In this document: in pieces, positions 10,253 to 18,786 of the stretch | Layout: each line of letters opens with the position of its first letter | How positions within the stretch are numbered: the stretch's first letter is position 1 | Assembly: GCA_048882485.1 (NCBI GenBank) | Contig: JBHLRP010000046.1 | Coordinates: forward strand, 1-27,370 | Length of the DNA stretch: 27,370 bases | Origin: Candidatus Thorarchaeota archaeon | GTDB taxonomy: Archaea; Asgardarchaeota; Thorarchaeia; Thorarchaeales; Thorarchaeaceae | Direction: 5' to 3' | Made by a program: the position numbers and the translations under genes | The notes under the pieces: model-generated | The model's input: the letters and a program-made list of their open reading frames with translations, nothing else | What the model was told of the DNA's origin: nothing | Database searches by the model: none

Positions 10253-11176
10253 TTAAAGTCCAGCATCCCTGATCATTTCCTCAATCTTGATTCGACCAAG
10301 TCTTGGGAACTTCTTAACTGGATATGAGAGGAGAACATCGACAGATTCTGAAAATGGTGCGTTTTTCACCCTCAATGAAATATGTTCAGCATCCCGAAAA
10401 TGCTCAGTCACAAACATGGCAAAGAGAATCGGCTCCATGGCACAGGAATATGATAGCCAAAATTCATCGGGAAATGTTTTGCGTAGCCACTCATCCATTT
10501 CATCCTTCTTGTAACTTTGTTCGTCGTAGGCTATTTTGAGAAAGAACCGTGAATTGTTTCCAAGACTTAAATTCCATCGCACTATAAACCATAATGCATT
10601 GCTGTCCTGCATCTCTCGAATGGCTCTACTTACCCGTTTTGCTGTCAGACCAGATTCCGCTGCAATTTTCCCAACTTGCATCCGAGCATCTCTCAAGAGA
10701 AGGTTCAGAACTCGAAGGTGCAACCTTTTAATTTGAAACGGTTCGCCACGCTGAGTCAATCTCGGATATAGCTGAATGTTGGTCACCGAGTCTAGCTGTC
10801 GAATGAAAGTTGAAATATTCTGAAGTCCCTCGGCACCGACATACTCGCAATGAAGCAGGTATAGTCTGCCGACTCCAGTAACAATTTGGGATACCTGAGT
10901 AATATTCTGATTGGCACCCATTATTTCCATGAATTCTTCTTCAATCTCTGAACCGTTGGTGAAGACCAAAGCAATTAGATAGTCAGAGTTGAGCATTGCA
11001 GGTCTCAAGACCACATCGAATCCCTCAATGACACCAGTTTCAACCAGCCGGTTAATTCTCTTGGTGATGGCAGTAGCAGTTAGTCCCAGCATCTCAGCTA
11101 GTGCTTGATATGACAGCCTGCAGTCCTCGTCAAGTGCAAGAAGGAGTCGTTTGTCAATAGAGTCCAAGACATCCAC
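10253..11176 (-). CDS. Lrp/AsnC-family transcriptional regulator with two tandem wHTH-RAM units
   Basis: 'LDSIDKRLL..L..DCRLSYQALA..LGLT....KRI.RL' and a second HTH 'L..LLRDARM....IA..SGLT.KRV'. GTG start. Confidence 0.85.
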   Translation of the reverse strand: MDVLDSIDKRLLLALDEDCRLSYQALAEMLGLTATAITKRINRLVETGVIEGFDVVLRPAMLNSDYLIALVFTNGSEIEEEFMEIMGANQNITQVSQIVTGVGRLYLLHCEYVGAEGLQNISTFIRQLDSVTNIQLYPRLTQRGEPFQIKRLHLRVLNLLLRDARMQVGKIAAESGLTAKRVSRAIREMQDSNALWFIVRWNLSLGNNSRFFLKIAYDEQSYKKDEMDEWLRKTFPDEFWLSYSCAMEPILFAMFVTEHFRDAEHISLRVKNAPFSESVDVLLSYPVKKFPRLGRIKIEEMIRDAGL

Positions 11177-11187
11177 CCTGACTAAAC

Positions 11188-11565
11188 TCAGTCAGTATTT
11201 GGTGGGATTAGCACTGTAAATAGATTATCATCAGGAGTGTCACGGAGCTCTTTTGATGCACAATAGATGCAGTCCGCTTTAATAACTGATAATTCAAAGC
11301 CAACATCTCTGAGTCTTTTGAGATATTCTAGATGCTTAGAGAGCTGATCGAACAGTTCTGAAGAATCCAGCTCTATTAAATCAGGAATCTCTGGAACCGA
11401 CATCTCGACCACAATGAAGAAGGCATCTCCAGCATGTTCGTTATATTCAAGCAGGATGCGCACCCAGGGCGTTCGATGTATCAGGGTTGCTACTTCATCC
11501 GATCCAGCCGCTTCGCGGAGAATGGATGCGGCTTCATCGAATTTCTCTTTAAGGCTATCATTCAA
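11188..11565 (-). CDS. Hypothetical protein, 125 aa
   Basis: Acidic, globular-looking ORF 11 nt upstream of the Lrp gene on the same strand. TTG start uncertain. Confidence 0.6.
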   Translation of the reverse strand: MNDSLKEKFDEAASILREAAGSDEVATLIHRTPWVRILLEYNEHAGDAFFIVVEMSVPEIPDLIELDSSELFDQLSKHLEYLKRLRDVGFELSVIKADCIYCASKELRDTPDDNLFTVLIPPNTD

Positions 11566-11602
11566 CTTCTATCACCAAAACATCATCGTTATCACATAGA
11601 TT

Positions 11603-11634
11603 AAAAAAGGAGGAGCACGAAGAGTGCTCCTTCC
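11603..11634 (-). terminator. Stem-loop followed by a U6 tract downstream of the CAAX-protease gene
   Basis: Minus strand reads GGA-AGGAGCAC-UCUUC-GUGCUCCU-CC-UUUUUU: 8-bp perfect stem (11611-11618 / 11624-11631) then poly-U, starting 8 nt after the stop codon. Confidence 0.6.
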
Positions 11635-11641
11635 AAGAAAT

Positions 11642-12565
11642 CTAGCTACCAATCGTTGGAATGGATGCAGGTTCCTCCTGGATGTCTATGAACTCAATTG
11701 CTCTTTCCCGCACAAGGTTTCTATAGCCAAAGACCAAGACTAATCCGATTACTACCGGGATATACAGCAGGATCATGTAGACGTAGCCATACCCACCAGG
11801 CACTAGTTGTATTACGTTGATTGGAATAATCTCGCTCACGGTGTTCCCCATTGCATGGAACAGCATTGCAGCTAGGACAGAACCGTTGGTGTTGTTGAAA
11901 ATCCATGTTCTCGTGATGGAAACAGGAATCCACCAGATGAAGAAGGTGAATAGTGCACGACCTTCCCACCCAGACAAGCCGGGAATGAATGCGAGAGGTA
12001 AGTGCCAGAGGCCTTCTATTATTCCCAGAATAATGCTTGATGTTGTTGCATCAAACCGAGCTTGTAACATTGGGAGTGCAAAGCCTCGCCATCCAAACTC
12101 TTCACTGAGCCCGCCATGGAGGCAACTTGCCAAAAAGGGACCTAGGAGTACTAGGGGTTGATTCAACCAGAGCAAGGCTGGTTGTTGCATTCCCAGAATG
12201 AATCCACTGGCTCGTGCTATCAAAAAGTATAGTGGATAGAAGGCAAAGATAGGGATGAGCCATTTTATTGTGAATCGTCTGCTCCAGAATCTTTTCCATA
12301 GTTCTCTAACACCCTCTCGTCCTCTCGTTTTGCCTGCTATCACAAATCCGCCAATTGTTGGACCAAATGGCATCGGGAGAAGGACTGCAAGCAGTGAAAC
12401 CAAACTAGCAAAATCAGTACCCGCAGTACCTACACCTGCAGGCATCTGCAGCAATCCCGAGATGAACAACGTATTAAACGCCCAAGTCCATCCGAACGCG
12501 ATGCCGAAGAACAACATCAAGTTCGTCGGGTCAAATTGATTTGCTCTGTAGCTTTGAATTGCCAT
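11642..12565 (-). CDS. CPBP (CAAX/Rce1-like, Abi) intramembrane glutamic metalloprotease
   Basis: Multiple TM helices with motifs EEFGWRG, 'GLWHLP' and 'FHAMGN'. Start likely ATG 12565. Confidence 0.9.
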   Translation of the reverse strand: MAIQSYRANQFDPTNLMLFFGIAFGWTWAFNTLFISGLLQMPAGVGTAGTDFASLVSLLAVLLPMPFGPTIGGFVIAGKTRGREGVRELWKRFWSRRFTIKWLIPIFAFYPLYFLIARASGFILGMQQPALLWLNQPLVLLGPFLASCLHGGLSEEFGWRGFALPMLQARFDATTSSIILGIIEGLWHLPLAFIPGLSGWEGRALFTFFIWWIPVSITRTWIFNNTNGSVLAAMLFHAMGNTVSEIIPINVIQLVPGGYGYVYMILLYIPVVIGLVLVFGYRNLVRERAIEFIDIQEEPASIPTIGS

Positions 12566-12788
12566 TGTAATCAAAAAGACGATGCTGTAATTGATATTAT
12601 ATTGAGCTTAACTCATGAGTTTGGCTTTCATCCTGTTCCTTCCTTGGGCGCCTCAAATCAAAACCAATCATTTCGTTTTTGTGCGCAATATAGGAAGATG
12701 GGCATTGACGAAAATGAAAGGAGGAAGAATGAAGGAGTGTAACCAGCAGGCTTATCTCTTCCAGAACCGGTGAGTTGCTGAATGGAAT

Positions 12789-13706
12789 ATGGACCTACTA
12801 GATAAGAGGATTTTAACTGAACTGACGAGAAACTGTAGAATAACTTACCAAGAGCTCAGCTCAAAGATAGGATTAACAGCTACTGGAGCTAGGAAACGGG
12901 TTGAGAATCTGATAGACGATGGAACATTATACTCCTTTTCAATCCGTCCCACATTGAATTCAATGAATGCGGATATTGCTATCGCACTCGTAGAAACAGA
13001 CGGTCAAGAATCTCCAGCTGATTTTCTCGAATCATTTGGAGAGAATGAAAGCGTTGGCGAAGTCAATCCCATTGCAACAAAAGAAGGTGGTTTCTACTTT
13101 GTAATCTCAGATTATATTGGTGCCAACGGTATTATCAATCTTGGAAGCTTTCTTAGAAAGCTGGATCATGTTGAGAAGGTGAAGTTGCATTCTGTAATCA
13201 CAGATCCACTATATCATGGCAATTCTGTGGAATTCAAGCCACTTGAACTAAGAGTAATGAAATATCTCACCCAAGATGCTCGGATGACAGTTAGCGAACT
13301 ATCTGAGAAATCAAATCTTACAGTAAGGCGAGTTAGAAACATCCTAAAGAAACTACAAGAAGATGGTGGCGTCAATTTCCTAATACGGTGGAATACTGCA
13401 GCCGCAGGAGCAGTTCGATTCTTCCTTCCTATTGAATATAGTTCCAAGGATACAAACCATGAAGGTGTGATTAATTGGCTCTTCGAAGCATATCCGAAGG
13501 AGTTCTGGCTCTACTGGATCTCAACAAATGAACCCCTGATCTTTGCAAGTTTTACTGCTGAATCGATTGAAGAGGCTAGAAGAATATCTCTAGAGGTGCA
13601 AGAGAATTCAATGGTATCATCAGTTGAAACATGGATATGCTATCCACCGTGCAAGTTCAAGACCTATCCGGAAAAATGGTTGGAAGAGAAGCTCAGCCAA
13701 ATATGA
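12789..13706 (+). CDS. Lrp/AsnC-family transcriptional regulator with two tandem wHTH-RAM units (paralog of 10253-11176)
   Basis: 'MDLLDKRIL.EL..NCRITYQELS.KIGLT...ARKRV..L' and a second HTH 'YLTQDARMTVSELSE..NLT.RRV'. Divergent from the CPBP gene. Confidence 0.85.
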   Translation: MDLLDKRILTELTRNCRITYQELSSKIGLTATGARKRVENLIDDGTLYSFSIRPTLNSMNADIAIALVETDGQESPADFLESFGENESVGEVNPIATKEGGFYFVISDYIGANGIINLGSFLRKLDHVEKVKLHSVITDPLYHGNSVEFKPLELRVMKYLTQDARMTVSELSEKSNLTVRRVRNILKKLQEDGGVNFLIRWNTAAAGAVRFFLPIEYSSKDTNHEGVINWLFEAYPKEFWLYWISTNEPLIFASFTAESIEEARRISLEVQENSMVSSVETWICYPPCKFKTYPEKWLEEKLSQI

Positions 13707-13967
13707 GATTAATTCGAGCTATTCGCAAATTTCACAAATGCATTCATGATATTGCCGAAGAATAGGATAGAAGAAGTGAAGACTGACTCATCCTTGCGCT
13801 ATATGACATACGCAGAGTTCATGCTTCTTGCAATTCAAATGCCCTATGATGCCAAAAAGGGACACTTCGTAACCTTGAAAAGGATACCCCTGACTGGGTC
13901 GCGCTATATTTAGAGATACATTTCAGGAAAGAGCGAATGTTCATGAAGACGCTATTTGGGTGAAGCT

Positions 13968-14912
13968 ATGAGCAAGCGAAAATACATCAAGCAGTACAAA
14001 TGGTCTAATGTTTTCGCAATGATGCGAGGAGGAGGAGGGGAGCTAAAGGAATGCACTGATGATTTCGAAGGACGCTTGGTGGTCATCACAGGTGCAACAT
14101 CAGGAATCGGATATGTAACTGCAAGAGAGTACGCGTCACATGGCGCAAACCTCCTTGTAATTAATCGTAATGAAGAAAAGTCGATCGCCCTATGTGAAGA
14201 GATTCGTCAGGAATTTCAAGTGGAAAGCGATTATAAGATTGCAGATTTTTCACGATTATCTGAAGTGCGCAAGGTTGGAAAGGAACTTCTAGAGTCAGAC
14301 CTAGACATCGATGTTCTTATCCATAATGCTGGTATCTATTCAACGAAAAAGATAATCACTGAAGATGAGAACGAGCTGGTCTTTCAAGTAGACTATCTTG
14401 GGTCTTTCGTCCTGAATTATATGCTCAAGGATAAACTGAAAGCACGCGGAAAAGCGCGTATCATCTTTGTTAATTCAGAAGGTCATCGATTTGCTGTTTG
14501 GGGCATAGGACTGCATGACCCTACATATGAAAAACGTAGACATTCCGGTTTAGGGAGTTATGGTGTAGCGAAGACAGCCCAGCTTCTTTCGATGATCAAA
14601 TTTGCTGAATATTTCGAAGGGAGCGGCGTGACCATAAACGCGATGCACCCAGGAACTGTCAAAACCAATACTGGTTCAGACAATGGTCGAATATACCGTT
14701 GGTATAAGAGAAACTTGGTCGATCGTATTTCCAAAGATCCACAAATATCTGCAACAGCACTTTATTATCTGGGAGTTTCTAAGGAAATGGATGAAATAAG
14801 TGGCAAGTTCTTCAATCTAACAAAGGAGGAAGAACCCGCACCTCCAGCATTAGATAGGGAGGTAGCGGAGGAGCTTTGGTATAAATCAATAGAAATGGCT
14901 GATTTGGAATGA
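13968..14912 (+). CDS. Short-chain dehydrogenase/reductase (retinol-dehydrogenase/WWOX-like subfamily)
   Basis: TGATSGIG, HNAG, YGVAK (YxxxK) and HPGTVKT. A GGGTGA RBS precedes ATG 13968. Confidence 0.88.
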   Translation: MSKRKYIKQYKWSNVFAMMRGGGGELKECTDDFEGRLVVITGATSGIGYVTAREYASHGANLLVINRNEEKSIALCEEIRQEFQVESDYKIADFSRLSEVRKVGKELLESDLDIDVLIHNAGIYSTKKIITEDENELVFQVDYLGSFVLNYMLKDKLKARGKARIIFVNSEGHRFAVWGIGLHDPTYEKRRHSGLGSYGVAKTAQLLSMIKFAEYFEGSGVTINAMHPGTVKTNTGSDNGRIYRWYKRNLVDRISKDPQISATALYYLGVSKEMDEISGKFFNLTKEEEPAPPALDREVAEELWYKSIEMADLE

Positions 14913-16507
14913 GCGAGAGCAATCATAGAACAGTTATTGTCGGCGGGGGAATGGCAGGCTTAACAGCTGCCGTGTATTTATCAAGGGCTGGACATGACGT
15001 CCTTTTGCTAGAGAAGAACAAGGAATGCGGCGGACTCCTGAATTCATTTGAAAGAAACGGATTCACCTTTGATGCAGGTGCAAGATCAATACTGAATGCT
15101 GGAATAATTCGACCTATGCTAAATGAACTGGGAATTGAGCTTGAATTTCTTGATAGCCCTGTATCAATAGGAATCGAGAGTGATATCATCCCTATGACTC
15201 CGCAAACTGGCTTGGATGACTATAAGCGATTGCTAGAGAAGTTATATCCTGAAAGTGTCAATGATATCGACAAAATCATCTCGAAAATTGAGAGGATTAA
15301 GAAAGATATGGGGATTCTATATGGTATTGATAATCCCTATTTCAGGGATATGAAAAGCATAAGCTATCTCCTCAAAGAACTCCTTCCTTGGTTTGGAAAA
15401 TTCATATTCGCCCTACGTCGAATGGGCAAAAACAACGAACCTGTTGAATCCTTTTTGGAAAGACTGACTTCAAATCAGTCCCTCATCGACATCATCGCTC
15501 AGCATTTCTTCAAGAAGACACCGACGTCTTTCGCCTTGGGCTACTTCTATGTATACACTGATTATATCTATCCAAAGGGAGGTACAGGCCAGTTACCGAA
15601 GGCGCTAGTGCGAAAAATCATTGAAGGGGATGGAAAGATTCAGACAGATACTGAAATTACCGAAGTGAATCTAGCTGATAAGAAGTTGAATGACAAGGAT
15701 GGTAACACGTATTCATATGATACTCTCATCTGGAGCGCAGATTTGAAGACATTGTATCGAGTACTAAAAACCCAGGGTTTGGGAGAGGAGGATACTCGAA
15801 AAATCATTGAGCAGAAAGATCTGCTACTATCAAAGCGCGGATGCGATTCTATCTATTCATTATACGTTGGTGCAGATATCCCCCTGGACTCCTTTGGTTC
15901 CATTTCTAACGGACATTTCTTCTATACACCGTTGAAAAGAGGTTTAGGTGAGATTCATTGGTCCGAGCTAGATTCTTTGATCGAGAATTTTGAAACTAGA
16001 TCAAGGGAAGAAGTTTTGCAATGGTTGGACAAATATTGTCAATTGACGACATATGAAATATCGATTCCAGCGCTCAGAAATGCCGCATTAACTCCCGAGG
16101 GAAAAACGGGCCTGATAATAAGCATGCTCTTTGAATACGATTTAATCAAAAAAGTCAGGGATGCCAACTGGTACGATGAATTCCGAGTCGAGGTCGAAAC
16201 CCGAATGTTGGATATGCTTTCGAATTCCATCTATCCAGGTCTGAAGGACAAGGTGCTCTTTCAATCATCTGCAACCCCACTCAGTATTGAAAAGATTGCA
16301 GGAACTTCAGAAGGAGCTGTTGTAGGGTGGTCATATTTATCACCCGTCCCTGTTGTAGACAGTCTCCGAAAAATGTCAAGCTCAGTTAAGACGCCGATTC
16401 CAAACGTATACCAAGCAGGCCAATGGGCTTATAGTCCAGCGGGAATACCTACTGCAATCCTTACGGGCTGGCATGCTGCGCAAAATGTAATGAAGACCAA
16501 GAAGTGA
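14909..16507 (+). CDS. Phytoene-dehydrogenase-like (CrtI superfamily) FAD-dependent oxidoreductase
   Basis: 'IVGGGMAGLTAA..L...G..V.LLEK...GG....F..GF.FDAG', YPKGG, 'ATP', and 'TPIPNVYQAGQW...GIP.A..G'. ATGA overlap with the SDR gene implies translational coupling. Confidence 0.85.
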   Translation: MSESNHRTVIVGGGMAGLTAAVYLSRAGHDVLLLEKNKECGGLLNSFERNGFTFDAGARSILNAGIIRPMLNELGIELEFLDSPVSIGIESDIIPMTPQTGLDDYKRLLEKLYPESVNDIDKIISKIERIKKDMGILYGIDNPYFRDMKSISYLLKELLPWFGKFIFALRRMGKNNEPVESFLERLTSNQSLIDIIAQHFFKKTPTSFALGYFYVYTDYIYPKGGTGQLPKALVRKIIEGDGKIQTDTEITEVNLADKKLNDKDGNTYSYDTLIWSADLKTLYRVLKTQGLGEEDTRKIIEQKDLLLSKRGCDSIYSLYVGADIPLDSFGSISNGHFFYTPLKRGLGEIHWSELDSLIENFETRSREEVLQWLDKYCQLTTYEISIPALRNAALTPEGKTGLIISMLFEYDLIKKVRDANWYDEFRVEVETRMLDMLSNSIYPGLKDKVLFQSSATPLSIEKIAGTSEGAVVGWSYLSPVPVVDSLRKMSSSVKTPIPNVYQAGQWAYSPAGIPTAILTGWHAAQNVMKTKK

Positions 16508-16515
16508 TTCTAGTT

Positions 16516-17220
16516 TCACTGATTACGAGCAGCAAGATACGCCTTGTTCTCTCTTTCAATCGCTTCCTTATGAGTGGTTAGTGGAGCTGAAATTGCATCC
16601 AGGAGCTTTTGGGTAACGGTCCCTGATTCAACTATTTGGATACCTGCTTCCTCCGCAGCTGCATAGACCTCTTTCGCTAAGCTCTCTTGATATTTCAAGC
16701 GAGATGCATGGGGTCGTAGAATAGGCCCAATGAAATCAACACCTGAATTATCAGCAATCTCTCGAGCAATATGTGTGACAACCTCGAAGTTTCCCATTTC
16801 AAACCACCCCCCACTGGACACGAATACAATCTTTGAGATGTTAACATTATCGTGAAACTTGGCTCGTGTTCTATCATTCTTTATCTCTAATAGAGGTTCG
16901 ACGAGAGGCATTAATCTGTTCAGAAGATTCTGGAAATTACCCGGTAAGGGCAGATAGATTGGAGTTGCAAGAACAAGTATGTCAGCTTCTCTTGCCTTTG
17001 CATATACCTGCTCCATATCGTCAGTATGAATACATACTCCTACTTTCTCATACCAACATTGGAAGTCTCCAATGCATGGTCTTATCTTCAGATCCTTTGA
17101 AAAAAGCAAGTCTACAGTTGCCCCCGCTTTCCTCATCCCTTCAAGCAATGGACCGAGTATCAAGTGGGTGTTTCCCTTTTCCTTATTCGGACTCCCATTA
17201 ATTGCTAGTACGTCCGTCAT
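16516..17220 (-). CDS. Flavodoxin family / iron-sulfur flavoprotein (Isf)-like NADPH-dependent FMN reductase
   Basis: 'INGSP...GNT', 'PCIGDFQCW...GVC...DDM', 'ADILVLATPIY'. Confidence 0.85.
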   Translation of the reverse strand: MTDVLAINGSPNKEKGNTHLILGPLLEGMRKAGATVDLLFSKDLKIRPCIGDFQCWYEKVGVCIHTDDMEQVYAKAREADILVLATPIYLPLPGNFQNLLNRLMPLVEPLLEIKNDRTRAKFHDNVNISKIVFVSSGGWFEMGNFEVVTHIAREIADNSGVDFIGPILRPHASRLKYQESLAKEVYAAAEEAGIQIVESGTVTQKLLDAISAPLTTHKEAIERENKAYLAARNQ

Positions 17221-17318
17221 TTCACATCCCTAACCAATCCTGATTGAGACCTGTACTGATGTAAGAAGATTTCTATCCGGAGGGGAGAAATATGACCTGC
17301 ACATCCAAGTCTGTATGT

Positions 17319-18581
17319 CTAGGATGAAAAATGAATCATTGAAAACTGATTTCTTTTCTTCTTGATTACTATAGTGAGCACAATCAAGCCTGCGATGATG
17401 GGGATTGAAGCACCAAGATAGCTGTAGAGCAGTGATGGTGTCGTATTACCAGTGGTGGGTTCGCCATTCGGTGCGGTTTTGTAATCAATAGTCGACCAAT
17501 TGAGTCTAAATGAATTTGCTGAGGGAACAAATTCCGCTAGATAGGCGCGAGCTTTTTCAACATTCAATGCACCATATCCCGATTTCTCATCCCATCCAAT
17601 GTCAAGCATGTCTGTCGCACCCCAGACCAACGCATCTTCAATTTGACTGTTTGATGCCCATGGAAATTGATTCCAAAGGAGAACAGCTGAAGCTGCAGCT
17701 ATTGGAGTGGAACAGGATGATCCTCCAAAGGTGCCATAATTGCCTGTGGTCTGCATATATGCAGGCACACCACCCGCTGGAGCAACTAGAAATAGCTGTT
17801 CGCCATAACCACCTTCATTATATGTGCCGGTTCTATCAAATCTTCCAATAACTCGAACAAATGGCAACGACTGAGGCACATCCTTTGGATGCAGCGGACA
17901 TAGAACATTATCACATCCAGCGAAGAAGAGTGCCTTTCCGTTTTCATATAGTTCTGAGACCTTATTCCTAAGTTCGACTAAAATCGGATCATCGAAGTCA
18001 ATCAAATACACTGTGGCAAGAAAACTCATCGTAAAGACCATTCTTCCGAAGCTCGTACCCCAATCGAAAATGTCTATCAATTTCTGCATGTATATTCGAT
18101 ACGAGGCAACATCCTCAACAGGATAGGCACCCCAAGGCCATGCACTATACAACGGGGCGTTTACGATTCCTGCCACACCTACTTCGTTGTTTATTGTGGA
18201 AGCAGCTACGGATGCAACCGCTGCTTCATGAGAACTTGAGCTAGAAGTTGGATAAGGCAAGTATGAAGTAGAACTGCTATCCCATGAGAAACTGGCCTTT
18301 GCTGTTATATTCAGGTCTCCATCTTGATCATTAATAATAGCCTCCCCGACTACACATAGCCCAATAGCATCAGGTGAATTGAAAGAATAACCATAGTCCC
18401 AGACGCTGTGTATCTTAATGGCATCCAAATGCCAAGGGTCACCTTCAGGGTCGTTCGGAATGAATCCCTGAACAAGAAGGATATTTCCAAACAAATGGGC
18501 AATGACCAAGAATATTATTGCACTCATAAGAGTGAATGATTTTGAGAAATGGCACTTCGAGATTGCTTCCTTATTGCCCAT
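17319..18581 (-). CDS. Divergent subtilisin-like (S8) protein, secreted with a C-terminal TM anchor
   Basis: Signal-like helix, 'PNDP...WHL..I', 'HEAAVASVAA...NN..GVAG', 'LVAPA', 'FGGSSCSTP', 'ATDM...GWD..SGYG.LNV'. TM helix and KKKR tail. Start uncertain (ATG 18581 or 18527); the ORF-track TTG at 18641 lies at the edge of the repeat's U-rich tail. Confidence 0.75.
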   Translation of the reverse strand: MGNKEAISKCHFSKSFTLMSAIIFLVIAHLFGNILLVQGFIPNDPEGDPWHLDAIKIHSVWDYGYSFNSPDAIGLCVVGEAIINDQDGDLNITAKASFSWDSSSTSYLPYPTSSSSSHEAAVASVAASTINNEVGVAGIVNAPLYSAWPWGAYPVEDVASYRIYMQKLIDIFDWGTSFGRMVFTMSFLATVYLIDFDDPILVELRNKVSELYENGKALFFAGCDNVLCPLHPKDVPQSLPFVRVIGRFDRTGTYNEGGYGEQLFLVAPAGGVPAYMQTTGNYGTFGGSSCSTPIAAASAVLLWNQFPWASNSQIEDALVWGATDMLDIGWDEKSGYGALNVEKARAYLAEFVPSANSFRLNWSTIDYKTAPNGEPTTGNTTPSLLYSYLGASIPIIAGLIVLTIVIKKKRNQFSMIHFSS

Positions 18582-18644
18582 GTCCAACAACCCAGATGAG
18601 AAGGAATCACGGACATACTGGAAATTAAAAACACTCATCAAAGC

Positions 18645-18786
18645 AATAGAAAGAATGGAAGGAGGGGCGACGGGTGCACCCTTGCAGGGTGTGTCAAATG
18701 CGGCCTATTCGTTTACAGCCGCACCTTCATCCGCCGCCTTTCACGAGCTCATTCCTGACTACATCGCGACACTGCGTCTTCTTCTC
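18645..18786 (-). repeat. Copy 3 (most diverged) of the vhuU-3'-end/SECIS/terminator module
   Basis: Minus strand translates CRDVVRNELVKGGG*, versus vhuU CREIVRKELVTGGG*. Followed by SECIS, hairpin and pyrimidine tail. No vhuU 5' part upstream. Confidence 0.85.
18693..18730 (-). ncRNA. Orphan eukaryote-like SECIS element (copy 3)
   Basis: AUGAA-GGUGCGGC-UGU-AAA-CGAAUAG-GCCGCAUU-UGAC: UGA/GA core, paired helix II, and AAA 11 nt after the core. Confidence 0.72.

Noticed and set aside
11603-11634. Hairpin starting GGAAGGAGC as a fourth copy of the SECIS module
   Set aside because: It shares only ~9 nt, with no AUGA/AAA/GA core or vhuU codons. It fits a simple terminator.
13746-13913. 55-codon ORF MILPKNRIEEV... 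in the gap before the SDR gene
   Set aside because: Short, with no RBS or recognisable motif. It cannot be distinguished from chance.
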